The notes under the pieces are model-generated. The model had not been told where the DNA came from. It searched no databases and saw nothing but the letters and a program-made list of their open reading frames with translations. DNA of 62,750 nt, counting the filler, from Reclinomonas americana ATCC 50394 (taxonomy: Eukaryota), in the NCBI GenBank assembly GCA_048213135.1. It is 4 parts of 2 records of this genome, joined end to end, with 100 filler letters (N's around TTAATTAATTAA, not from the genome) between each part and the next. Parts side by side here need not be neighbours in the genome. Positions count along the whole stretch, not along the records: positions 26,080 to 56,405 come from PS015387.1; positions 56,506 to 62,750 come from PS015389.1; 2 more parts are not named here. The stretch is one strand, 5' to 3'. Positions 51,819 through 62,750 of the stretch are shown in pieces. Position numbers and translations under genes: made by a program. Positions within the stretch are counted from its first letter, which is position 1, and every line of letters starts with the position of its first letter.

Positions 51819-52090
51819 CTTTGTGTGGCACATAAGATGATCCATGCAAACTGACACACACCATGATTGTACGTAATGCNNNNNNNNNNNNNNNNNNNNN
51901 NNNNNNNNNNNNNNNNNNNNNNNNNNNNNNNNNNNNNNNNNNNNNNNNNNNNNNNNNNNNNNNNNNNNNNNNNNNNNNNNNNNNNNNNNNNNNNNNNNNN
52001 NNNNNNNNNNNNNNNNNNNNNNNNNNNNNNNNNNNNNNNNNNNNNNNNNNNNNNNNNNNNNNNNNNNNNNNNNNNNNNNNNNNNNNNNNN

Positions 52091-52558
52091 GGCAAGTGGT
52101 GAGTGATGGCCGCGGCGTGGGGGACGTAGATGTGTGACGTGACTCATTTTCCCCCACGATGATACAGGCCGCTGTGGTTGAGTCCGCGCCAGGTGCGCGT
52201 GGTGCCCGTGTCGGAGCGCTTCTGCGACTATGCCTTTGAGGTGCGCAACCGTGTCTTCGAGGCCGGTTTCGACGCCGAGGTGGACGACAGCGACAACACT
52301 GTCAGCAAGAAGGTGCGCACGGCCCAGGTCGAGCACTGGAACTACATTCTCGGTGAGTCTTTTGTGTGTGTGTGCGTGCGTGCACTTGACGAGTGCGCAG
52401 CGAGTTGCTGATTTTGTGTGGCGGTGGTAGTGGTCGGCCAGGATGAGCTGGATCACCAGACGGTGAATGTGCGCACCCGCGACAACGTCGTGCACGGCGA
52501 GTGCAAGGTGGAGGAGCTCATCGAGAGGCTCAACCACTCGCGCGACGCCTTTGAGTAA
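52091..52558 (+). CDS. TARS: Threonyl-tRNA synthetase, C-terminal anticodon-binding domain (partial)
   Basis: GKWPLWLSPRQV...KKVRTAQVEHWNYILVVGQDE...TVNVRTRDN. Confidence 0.92.
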
Positions 52559-52728
52559 GCGAGTTCACTCTCTCCCCACATCACAACATTCCGTCGCCAG
52601 TGCGCGACGCAAACAGGCAGAAGAGTTAGAAGAGAGAGAGAGAGAGTTTCATAAAAAACAACCGAGCGACAGAGGAAAAGAAGTTGCATCGAAGGAGATT
52701 TTTCATTGAGGCAACGGCGGCGACTGTA

Positions 52729-53420
52729 TCACTTCTTGGGCTGTGCACCGGCGCTGGCCTGCTTGATCTCGATGCGACATGCGTTCTGCGGAACAGCAGC
52801 GACTGAGGGAGGTGAAGCAAAAGAGAGAGAGGGTGATAGAGAAGCAAAACCTGCAATGCCTCCGTGTCCACATCTGATGGGTCAATGTGCACGTACCGAA
52901 TCACCGAGCCGCGGATAAAGCAGTTCTTGATCGACGCCTGTGCATAACAACACGATCATAAATGAGTGCGGAACGCAGACAAGGACAACTGGCATCGTCT
53001 CTCTCTCTCTCTCCCTCACACACATCTTCTCTCTCCCAAGAGAACTTGCCATGATGCATCTCTCTTCCCTCTCTTCTCCTCTCTCCCTCTATCACACACA
53101 CGCACATAACCACTGTCTCCAAGAACTTGCCACGATGCATCTCCCTCTCTACTCTCTTCTCTCTCCCCTCACACACAAACAACGCACCAAGTGGGGGAAC
53201 TTGTCGGGATCACTGACTCGAATGTCATCGAGCTTAAAGTTGAGGTACTCGTCGACAGAGTTGATAAAGCCGCGAATCGTCAGCTCATTCTTCAGCTCCA
53301 CTTCCACCACTTTGCCGCGCAGATTCTTGAACAAGCTGAAGAACAACTGTGTGCGAGGAGATCAACATTGAGTGTGCAGAGTGCAAGGGAGGGCGGCCAG
53401 GAAGCACGACAGCGCACCAT
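52729..53420 (-). CDS. LSM2: U6 snRNA-associated Sm-like protein LSm2
   Basis: M|LFFSLFKNLRGKVVEVELKNELTIRGFINSVDEYLNFKLDDI...PHL|ASIKNCFIRGSVIRYV...DTEALQ|NACR; 4 exons. Confidence 0.95.
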
Positions 53421-53731
53421 TGTGTGTGAGAATGGATGGGTGAATCCACGGCCCATCTCGACCGATTGACGTCCACTCCCAAACCTCGGCAAAAGGTGAG
53501 CGCAGGTCGCCGGTCTTGTACGCGTGTGTGTGCCTGTGGTGTGCACGACTGCTCGTATCTCTGTGCATGTCATAGTGTGCATCTTTGCATGCGCGTGCGT
53601 GTGTGGGGAGAGGGGAAGAGAGATGGCTTGCATGTCCTTCACGCTGCATGTGCATGCCGCACCTCACGCACTCCCTCACTCGGGCTTGTTGTTGTTTCCC
53701 CTTGTGGATTTGCAGGTTATACACACACGCT

Positions 53732-54497
53732 ATGTCGCACCGCAAGTTCTCGGCACCCCGCCACGGTGAGTGGGTCGCGCGTTTGCTGGGTGCCATGGCT
53801 CCCTCCCCCCATGTGACACTCACCGTTTTTTTGTTCCACTTGCCAGGCTCCCTGGGCTTCCTGCCCCGCAAGCGCTGCGTGCGCCACCAGGGCAAGGGTG
53901 AGCAATAATGTGTCCCCACGTTGATGATGGACTTGTCGTGCTCACCAGTCGTCATTTGTGTGTCACAGTCAAGTCGTTCCCCCGCGACGACGCCAAGAAG
54001 CCATGCCACTTCACCGCCTTCATGGGCTACAAGGCTGGCATGACCCACATTGTGCGCCAGGCCAACCGCGTCGGCTCCAGTTGCGTTGCTGGCTGGCTGG
54101 CCTTGAGCGCAATGCATGACACTGACGACGTGTTTGGTGGTGTGCAGAGATTCACGAGAAGGACGTTGTCGAGTCGGTCACCATCATTGAGTGCCCGCCG
54201 ATGATTGTGGTCGGCATGGTCGGCTACGTCGAGACCCCGCGCGGCCTGCGCACCCTGACCACGGTGTGGGCGGAGAACCTGTCCAACGAGGTCAAGCGCC
54301 GCTTCTACAAGAACTGGACGCACGCCAAGAAGAAGGCCTTCACCAAGTACGCCAAGAAGTGGGCCAGCGAGAAGAAGGAGATCGAGACCGAGATTGCTCG
54401 CATCAAGAAGTACTGCCAGGTCGTGCGCGCCCTCGCTCACACCCAGATCCACAAGATTGGCCTGCGCCAGAAGAAGGCCCACTTGCTCGAGATCCAG
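53732..54497 (+). CDS. RPL3: 60S ribosomal protein L3 (uL3), 5' part only; 5' UTR intron at ~53496-53715
   Basis: [63 protein letters not shown]. Ends in an intron at the N gap. Confidence 0.97.
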
Positions 54498-54573
54498 GTT
54501 TGTAATCACACACATATGCACGCGCGTGAAGATGGCCCCGACNNNNNNNNNNNNNNNNNNNNATCTCTCCACA

Positions 54574-56405
54574 TCATGATTCACTTGGGGCGCGCGCAAA
54601 GGAGCTGCGGATTTGGCGCCATCTCGGCTCCAGCGACGCACTCCACCCGTGCGCCAGCAGTTGTCGCGCCTGCGGCGATGCAAAGGGGGTGAGGAGGGGA
54701 GAGAGAGAGAGAGGAAGGCTGGGGAGACGTACCGCATCGGGGGATCGGGAGCACTCATCGATCTCGTCGCCCGTCAAGCGATACAGCAAGTGTGTGATCT
54801 GCACAACTGAGCATTAGCTCTCTTGTGGAGTGGAGGCAAGAAAATAAGATAAAACAGTGCACCTCGGTCGCCTGATGTAGGAACTTGCAGTCGAGCAAAT
54901 GCTGGTGCGCTCGTCGGAACCGGCGGCGTCGTTGTACGAGCCGCCAGGTGGCCGTCAGTACAGTGGCGGCGACAGGAGCCTTGAAGGCCAGCCATCGTGG
55001 CAGATGCAGTTCCTGTCGTTGCAGTGCTGCAGAGGAGCTCGTCAGGCATGGAAAAACAAAGAGGCGATCACGAGACAAGCACCATCAACATCGCCGACAA
55101 CCGAGAGCAGAAACGACACGGACAGCCACACCGAGTCGGTGGCGCTGGCCACCAGCGGCGACAAGAGGCGACGCCACGTGCTGGTGGAGAGAGAAAACGC
55201 AAACATCTCCTCGTACTTGTCGTCGTGCATGCGCTTATTGGCTCCGAGACGACTGCACAGAGGTGCACTGGTGGTGCGTCGGCAGTGAGTCCGCGTCACG
55301 CAATAGAGGCACAGAGATGCATTAAACACACACCGACTGGCGTGCGCGAGTTCATGCGCCAGGACTTCTGTTTGCGGCACACGACCACGGCCTGCACGAG
55401 GGAGTCAGTCGATGAAGCAAAAACGAAGTCGGGGGCGATCGTGCGAACCGATCTGAATGAGGCACTGGTTGACGGCCAGATCGTAACACACACCACCAGC
55501 GAACCACGGCAAGTGACTGCCTTACACAGACACGCCTTGTCAACAGACGCGACGACGATGTCGACAGGCAGCGCAGTCACGAAACCGCGATGATCGAATG
55601 ACCGGCACCCAGTCCACCATCACGCCAAACGTGTCGCGCACCAGCTGTCGCGCCGCCTGCACACTCTCCTCTGGCACTACCTCGACCGTCTGCTGCCACT
55701 CCTCCCACGACGACCAGAGCTTCTCCCTGTCGCCGACTCGAGATGAACAACAACAACAACAACGGCGACACAAGGATGATCGATGGATTACCGTTCGACA
55801 ACAATCCGCTCCCAGTTCGGCACAAACTCCTCGTACAGAGCGCGCACCTGCTCCACAAAGTCGCCATCGGAGGCGCCCGGTGCTTTTTGCGTGTCGCAGA
55901 TGAGCTGGCGAGAGGAAAAGACAATGACCACTTGCGCGGAATCACACCTGGGAAAATGCCGTGCGCGTCCAGCAATCGCAGCTGTGCATCGCTAAACCTC
56001 TTCTCGGTCACAGGATCGCCGCCAGAAGGCGCGGGAAGCGGATGCAGCTGTCGCAGCAGGCGCAGCGCGCGATCCATGCAATCATGAATGGACAGTTCGA
56101 CGACGCGAGCACCAACACGTGGCGCTTTCTGTCCCGACCTCACGCCACACGCAGACGCGCAAGCACACGTGTTCGTTCAAACCGCATCGACTTTGTGTCT
56201 TGTGTATTTGGCGTGTGTGTGGCACTCGAGTTACCCAATGGCAGCGTTGCGCTTCCTGGGCGGTCGTGCCAACAACGCGGCGTCCACGGCCATCTTACCC
56301 GTCGTGTCGGAGAGCACCGCCGCCGCACTTGCGGTCGCCGCTGCGGGTGTCGCTGGCGCAGTGCTGCCACCAGCAGTATCATCAGCACAACCGCCGCCAC
56401 CACCG
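54574..56405 (-). CDS. Hypothetical multi-exon protein, 5'-truncated by scaffold end
   Basis: Open exons (DRALRLLRQLHPLP...; FVEQVRALYEEFVPNWERIVV; EKLWSSWEEW...; ITHLLYRLTGDEIDEC) flanked by GT/AG. No family recognised. Confidence 0.5.
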
Positions 56406-56505
56406 NNNNNNNNNNNNNNNNNNNNNNNNNNNNNNNNNNNNNNNNNNNNTTAATTAATTAANNNNNNNNNNNNNNNNNNNNNNNNNNNNNNNNNNNNNNN
56501 NNNNN
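56406..56505. other. Artificial scaffold linker
   Basis: N44-TTAATTAATTAA-N44. Confidence 0.97.
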
Positions 56506-56941
56506 GGAGGGAGGGAGGGAGAGAGTGTGTGTGTGAGAGAGCGACTAAGTGAGTGAGTGAGAGAAAGAGAGAAGGAGTGAGTGAGAGAGAGTGAGTGAAT
56601 GAGCGAGTGAGTGAGTGAGTGAGTGAGTGAGTGAGGGAGGGAGAGCAGGGTTGCTTTCTCTCCTTCTCTCTCTGTGTGTGAGTGAGAGTGAGAGTGTGAT
56701 GGAAATGATCGACAGTGCGAGGGATAGAATGCGCGAGTTAGAAAGAATGGAGTACGTGAGTGAGTGGAAACTGTCGCCTGTTTACGTTTTTCTCTGCTGC
56801 ATTGGGAGACAAGCAGAGGTGCGGTGGTTGGTTCTGAAAGACTTGCCACTCATCAGTGGAGAATTGGAGAAATGCACTAGCGAGTGAGGGTTCCCTCTGT
56901 ACTCTCTCTCCCTTCACCGCCACCTCATCGCCCGCCCACAG

Positions 56942-57754
56942 GTTCGGCACCTGGCACGAGTCACTGTGGGATGCGCCGCGTCCCAACACCAACGAGACGA
57001 ACCAGCAGGCGCGTGACTTTGTGCGATCGCTGGAGGCCGACATGCAGGGCACGCATTTGGCGCCAGTGCTGCAAGAGTGCACGGCGCTGGCGGTTCCGCC
57101 GGGCATGTCGCACCAAATGTTTGTGCTGACCGACGGTCGTGTGAAGAACAAGCCGGATTGCTTCGACATTGGTGCGATGATGGACGTCGTCGCAGCGTGG
57201 TTCTCCAACTCGTTCTCATCCTTTTGGGTTTGGTACATGCAGCTCGCCGCAATGCTCAGAGCTGCCGCATCTTCACGATTGGCATTGGAGACGATGTCGA
57301 CACGCATTTGGTGGTCGAGTTGGTGCGTTTTGCGTCTGTCTAGTTGTCACGCTCGCAAGAATGCGTCGTTGCTGACCGACGTTGTGCGGCTATGGTAGGC
57401 CCGGTTGACCAATGGTCGACACAGTTTTGTGGAGCAGATCGACAACGAGTCGATCACGGATACGGTGCTGGCCATGCTTGCTGGTGTGTTAGGGGAGGGA
57501 AAGGGAAAGAGAGGGAATGAGGGAAGGGAGAGAGAGAGAGAGGAGAGAGAGAGGAGAGAGATAAAGTAACACGCAGTGGAGTGGAACGAAGACCGAAACG
57601 TGACGGAAAGGGAGAAGTAGGAAGAAGTAAATGCGAGGACGAGAACAGCGTAGGAGCGAGACGACAGCGAATGAGAAGAAGGAGAAGAAGGATGAGGATA
57701 NNNNNNNNNNNNNNNNNNNNAGACGTACGAGAGAGTGAGGTAGGAGGAGGAAGG

Positions 57755-57796
<42 letters not shown>

Positions 57797-58062
57797 GGAG
57801 AGAGATAAAGTTAACACGCATGGATGGACGAAGCCAAACGTGCGAAAGGGAGAATGGAAGAGTAAATGCAGGACGAGAACAGCTGGAGCGAGACGACAGC
57901 GAATGAGAAGAAGGAGAAGAAGGATGAGGATGTAGAGATCGAGCAAATGGGAGTGAAAGCGACTGGCACAGATAGGCAGAGAAACAATGGAGGCTGAGCG
58001 CGGGGATGGATTGATGGCATGAACAAAACCAGTGATGCGAGGGAAGTCGGAGGATTAGCTGG

Positions 58063-58103
<41 letters not shown>

Positions 58104-60964
58104 ACACGGAATGAATGGAAGCGAAGACAGAGGAGAGTGGTGGTACAGCAGTAAGCAGGTGAATTGAATGGGTTGAAAAAGAGAAAGGGAAGAATTGAGT
58201 GCCTCGGTGAAACGAGAGAAGAGAGAGATTGAGAGCGAGAAGAGATGGCTGACTCATTTCTTCGTTTGAAAATGCAGACGCGCAAGTGGCCTGCATCATC
58301 AAGGCGCAAGTGACATTCAGTTCGCCGCGCGTCACACCGCTCTTTGACTTTATTCCGCCTCTCTACGTCGGCAATCGCACCACGGTGTACGCGTTGTGCC
58401 CGGCTATTGCGGAGCCAATCGAGGTGCTGGTCAAGTACGAGAGCGAGGGTGAGCAACACTGCTGCTGCGGGTAAGTTACTGCATGTCGCCACTCAATTTC
58501 GCGGTCATCACCACAGAGGGTCAGACGCGCGAAGTGCGCTCGGTGATCAACTTGCGCACCGATGCTGTGGTTTCGGAGAGTGCCCACGTGCTGGCCGCCG
58601 CGCGTCGTATCAAGGATCTGGAGGGAGTTGAAGCGTGAGTTTGCTAATCGAGTGTTGTTTGTCGAGTGCGATTTTGCACTTGCTTGTTTGCTTTTTTCTG
58701 GCGATGCTGATGCGGCAAGCATGATGCTTGCCTGTGCATTGTGTCGCCTGTTATTGGTCGTCTGCTTGCGTTTACCTTGAGTCACAAATGATTCTTCGCG
58801 TAGATGTCAGCTATTCTTCTTCTTCTCCTCATTCTCTCTTCTCGTCCTCCTTCTCCTTCGTTCCCCACTTTGGTCCTCCTTCCCTGCATATTTGTTGCAC
58901 TGCTTGTACGCTTCAGGAGTCATCACTCTTTCTCAGTGTCTCCACATCTGAGCATGACTTGCACGGCTGTCATCTCATTGTCTGCTGCTTTACTCCATCC
59001 TCTCGACATTTTCTTCTTTCCCACTCTTTGTGCTTCAACCATTGCTGACACAGCCGTCACTCACAGGTCTCGTGACGCGATCCTCGCCTGGGCGCTGCCG
59101 TACAACCTTCCCTCCGCCCACAGCAATCTGGTCACTGCTGATCAGTCGCCGAATGCCGGCAGAGGTGCGTCTGACATAGCAACAAGCTGGTGACTGTGGA
59201 AATGGCGTCTGTCATTTTCTGTCGGTTGTTATTCTTCGTGGTGGTACTGGTGGTCTCCTGCCCTTTCAGATTGTTTTATGTTTCGTCGTGTCCACTCTGC
59301 CCTCCGTCTCTGTCGTTTTCATCATTTGCCTCGTCCTCTTCATCTTCTGCTTCACTCCTCTACCTCTTCGTCTTTTTTCTGCTTGTCTTCCTCGCTTTCT
59401 TCTTCTTCTTCTTCTCTCCCTCTTCGTGTTCTTCTCTGGTTCTCCTCTCACGCGAGTCTCCTCTTCCTCTCTCGCTAGTCTTCCCTCCATAATTCTTCGC
59501 TTCTTCTGCTTCTGTTTCCCATCTTCTCCTCTTCTCCTCCTCTCACTTCTCTCCTCTCCTCTGCGTTTCCAGGAGGACCGGCCACCATGCCCACCGTCAC
59601 GCTCAAGTCGCTCATCGAGTCGGACAAGAGGTTCGTCTCTTTGCCCTCTCCATTGCCAGCACACAGCATCCTGACATTCGTTTAAATCACAGGCGCAAGA
59701 AGAAGACCGTGTCGGTTGCGGAGAGCGGCTCACGACCAAGCAGCGGCCGTCCGTCACGAGTTGCGCATTCACTGTGCGAACCGCCTGTGTCCTCTCCGTC
59801 TCACTCTTCCCTTGCAGGCCTCGGGCGCCGGTTCTTCGTCGACTGCCGCCGCCACACCGTCCACTAATCTGGAACTGCCGGCCAGCGTGCGACCTTCGCG
59901 CTTGCTCAAGGTACTTGCGCCTCTCAATTTCCTCCTCTGCGTTCTTCCCTTCACTCATTTCCACGTTAGTCGCCGCGCGCCGCGTCGTCGTCGTCGTCGT
60001 CACTGCTGCCGCCGTCGGGCATTCCTCGCCCGGCATCGAGCTTGGTGACTGGCGCCGCTCGCTCCGCGGCTGCAGCCTCTGCAGCTGGTGCGCGCCCCGT
60101 GTCACCCCGCCCCGTGTCACCTCGACCAGTGTCACCACGTCTTGACGAAGGCGGCGCGTCGTCGTCGTCGTCGTCGCCGGCAGTCCATCGCATGGCCGCC
60201 ACTGGTCCGCTGGCCTCGATTCTCATGTCGCAGACGGTTGCGTGCGCTTGGCGTTGTTGTGGTGAGCTCCTGTATTGACCATTGCGTGCAGGTTGAGGGT
60301 TCGTGGTCCGACTGCAAGTGCGTCACTCCGGTCGTTGGCATCACGCAGGAGCAGGTGGGCTCATTGTTGATTCGTTACTTCAAGCGCCTTCGTGTACACT
60401 GAATTCTTCTCGATTCTCCACAGGTCGATGCCGAAGGCACTCGCCTTGGTATCGCACAACCTGCGGTGTGGTACACTGCCGTGCACCTGGCCGTGCTGGA
60501 GGTTTGTCTTGAGAGGGAGAGAATGTGTGAGAGAGAAGGGAGGGGGGGAGGGAGGAGAGAGAGAGGAGGGAGGGGAGGGAGAGGAGAGAGAGAGAGAGAG
60601 AGGAGACTGTGGTGTGAGAGAGAGAAGAGAGAGAGAAGAGGAGACAGAGAAAGAGAGAGCAGGAGAGATGTTGGAGGCTTCGTATCCGGTCACGTAAGGA
60701 AGGGTCAATCCACAGAAGCACTACTTTTATGATAGAGAAGAGAGCAGGGGGAGGGATGAATCGTCTCTCATAGTGAGTGTGTATTTGTGCTGTGCGAGCT
60801 TACTGATCGTCGCTGGGCAGATTTCCTTCTCCGGCGAGGTCTCCAAGTGGCGCCTCATTGCGCGCAAAGGTGCCAGCTACATGCAAAAGGCCCTCGGCTC
60901 GCGTCGCGAGCTGCTGGAGATGCTCGAACGCGCCCGCGCCTTTGTCGGCGCTGCTTCTCAGTGA
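56942..60964 (+). CDS. VWA5A-like (VIT-VWA family) protein, 5'-truncated
   Basis: FVRSLEADMQGTHLAPVL; MFVLTDG; RIFTIGIG; ARLTNG; C-terminal SQTVEGSW...WYTAVHLAVLE...WRLIARKG typical of VWA5A/BCSC-1 proteins. Confidence 0.85.
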
Positions 60965-61030
60965 TGCACTGTGCCTTCATCATATTTATGTCGGTAAACG
61001 ATATTCCTTATCCCACTTTCCCATTTTTCA

Positions 61031-62283
61031 TTATTGATCGTCGCTACTCTCTGGCACCGGCTCCTCGTCTGGCGCCGGCTCAAAGTCGCACGAGTCGAAC
61101 TTGTCCTCCGAGTAGAAGCGGCCGTCCACTCGCCGCCCACCAAAGTATCGTCCGTCGAGCTCCTGCAGTGCTTTTTGGGCGGCCTCTTGGGTGGCGAATT
61201 TGACAAAGATGCGCACGGCGGCGTTGGCGGGGGCGCTGCCGTCGGTGACCTGTTGGGAACGGAGGGAAAGGGGGAGGGTGAGGGAAAGGGAAGGGGGAAG
61301 GAAAGCACAATCGAGAATACGTAAAATATGAGAACTACCCAGACGGCCAGCTGCGGAAATGAAACGGGTCGACACTCATCCCTTCCCCCACCCCCCGCCC
61401 AACAAACCTCAAAGATCAACACTCCATCCACCTCGCCAAACTTCGCACACTCCTCCGCAATCTCCGGCTCCAGCGTCTCATCCACCGCCCCCGGAGCCAC
61501 CATATTGCGCAGCAGAATCACGCAACCGGGCGGACCACGCATGGGTTTCACACGCGGCAGCACAGGCGCCGACATGACAATGTTGCCCGACGTGCGCCCC
61601 GTCTTCTTGTGCGTGAGCGGTGTTGCGATGCCCTGCTCGTCTTTGCCGAGACCACCACGCCCGCTCCATCCCATCTTTTGCATCATGCGCATGGTCTTGT
61701 CGGGCATCTTTGATGCCGGCGGCGGAGGAGGAGGCATCAGAGCCTTCTCCGCTGCAGCAGAATCATCACCATTATCATCGTGCATCTCCACATCACTGCT
61801 CGCCTTGGCCTCGGCTGCCGCCTGCTGCCGCTCACGCTCGCGTTCACGCTCACGATTCCTCTCCATGCTGCGCTCGTCACACAACCGATCGTAGTCGTGC
61901 GGGTGTGCTGGATCGTAGCGCATCTCCCGCACAAAGCCACCAAACAGCTGGTCCTCGACGCCAGCAGAGAGGAACACGGAGGAGGGAGTCGACGGCGCAG
62001 CAGTGGTGGTAGTGGTGGATGGCGATTGTTGTTGTTGTTGCTGTTGTTGTTGAAGCTGTTGTTGTTGTTGTTGAGCGAGAAGGAGTGCGGCTTTTTGCGA
62101 GTCACGGGCCACAGGCTGCTAAAGGAGGAGAGTGAGAGAGGGAGGAGAAAGAGGAGGAGGAGGAGTGTGAGGGCAACAACAACACCTGCACGGCCACACG
62201 CTTGCGCTGCACGTTGGGGTTGAAGAGCTTGGCGCGCTGCTTGAGTTGCAGTTCGGAGGCCCAGGATTTGCTCTTTTTGCCGC
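61031..62283 (-). CDS. RBM17: Splicing factor 45 / RBM17 (G-patch + UHM), 5' end outside window
   Basis: YDPAHPHDYD; G-patch RMMQKMGWSGRGGLGKDEQGIATPL; UHM ILLRNMV..EIAEECAKFG..AVRIFVKF..LDGRYFGGR. Confidence 0.92.
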
Positions 62284-62639
62284 CTGTGGGTGAGAGAGAG
62301 GGAGAAGAGGGAGAAGGGAGGGGGAGAGGAGAAGGGGGAGAGAGACGAGTGAGAGGGGGGTGGGGAAGGGAGAAGAGTGAGTGAAGGAGGGAGAAGGGGG
62401 AGAGACACGGAAGAGAAGGGAGGGATGGAGAGTGAGAGAGGAGAGAGTGAAGGGAGAAAGAGGGAAGGGTGGAGGTGAGGAGAGTGAGTGAGTGAGTGAG
62501 TGAGTGAGTGAGTGAGTGAGTGAGTGAGTGAGAGAGAGAGAGAGAGTGAGAGAGTGTGTGAGAGAGGGAGTGAGTGAGAGAATGCATTGATCCTGCTGAC
62601 TCTCTGATCTCTCTCTCCACACACGTACACACTCCTCAT

Positions 62640-62642
<3 letters not shown>

Positions 62643-62720
<78 letters not shown>

Positions 62721-62750
62721 CTCTCTCTCTCTCTACTACTCTCTCTCTCT
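62643..62750. repeat. (CT)n microsatellite, intronic
   Basis: Long CT run. CT/GA tracts also fill many other introns (e.g. 4860-4890, 18838-18870, 36252-36320). Confidence 0.9.

Noticed and set aside
53897..54148. snoRNA in RPL3 introns
   Set aside because: A TGATGA and a CTGA occur in different ~70-nt introns; no complete C/D pair.
57565..57935. Direct repeat flanking a 20-N gap
   Set aside because: The first copy is the second with scattered inserted bases, typical of noisy read ends and a failed overlap.

Overview
Intron-rich, gene-dense eukaryotic nuclear DNA from an unidentified flagellated protist (it has SPAG16/PF20). It is a draft assembly: four unrelated scaffolds (1-10627, 10728-25979, 26080-56405, 56506-62750) are joined by artificial N44-TTAATTAATTAA-N44 linkers, and there are several internal N gaps. 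Recognisable spliced genes: CYP51, a TTL/TTLL-family ligase, a mitochondrial RNase III-like protein, SPAG16, ALDH6A1, an all-MORN protein, a multi-TM PAS/class III cyclase receptor, a type-B carboxylesterase plus a decayed partial duplicate, a penicillin/AHL acylase (S45), the ThrRS 3' end, LSm2, the RPL3 5' half, a VWA5A-like gene and SPF45/RBM17. Main highlights: (1) a four-exon Sep15/SelM-family selenoprotein missed by the ORF track, with an in-frame UGA at 6606, a PGGU motif lacking the usual Cys, and a GUGA-type SECIS at 7293-7372; (2) a TSG101-type UEV / P(S/T)AP-rich / kinase / HECT E3 fusion gene; (3) a signal-peptide-bearing TTLL; (4) a FixL-like PAS receptor with a lone C2-like cyclase domain that lacks both metal-binding Asp; (5) a recurrent non-consensus 5' splice donor GTTGCG; (6) an intron-laden bacterial-type acylase. 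All gene models were spliced by eye and need RNA-seq or HMM confirmation.
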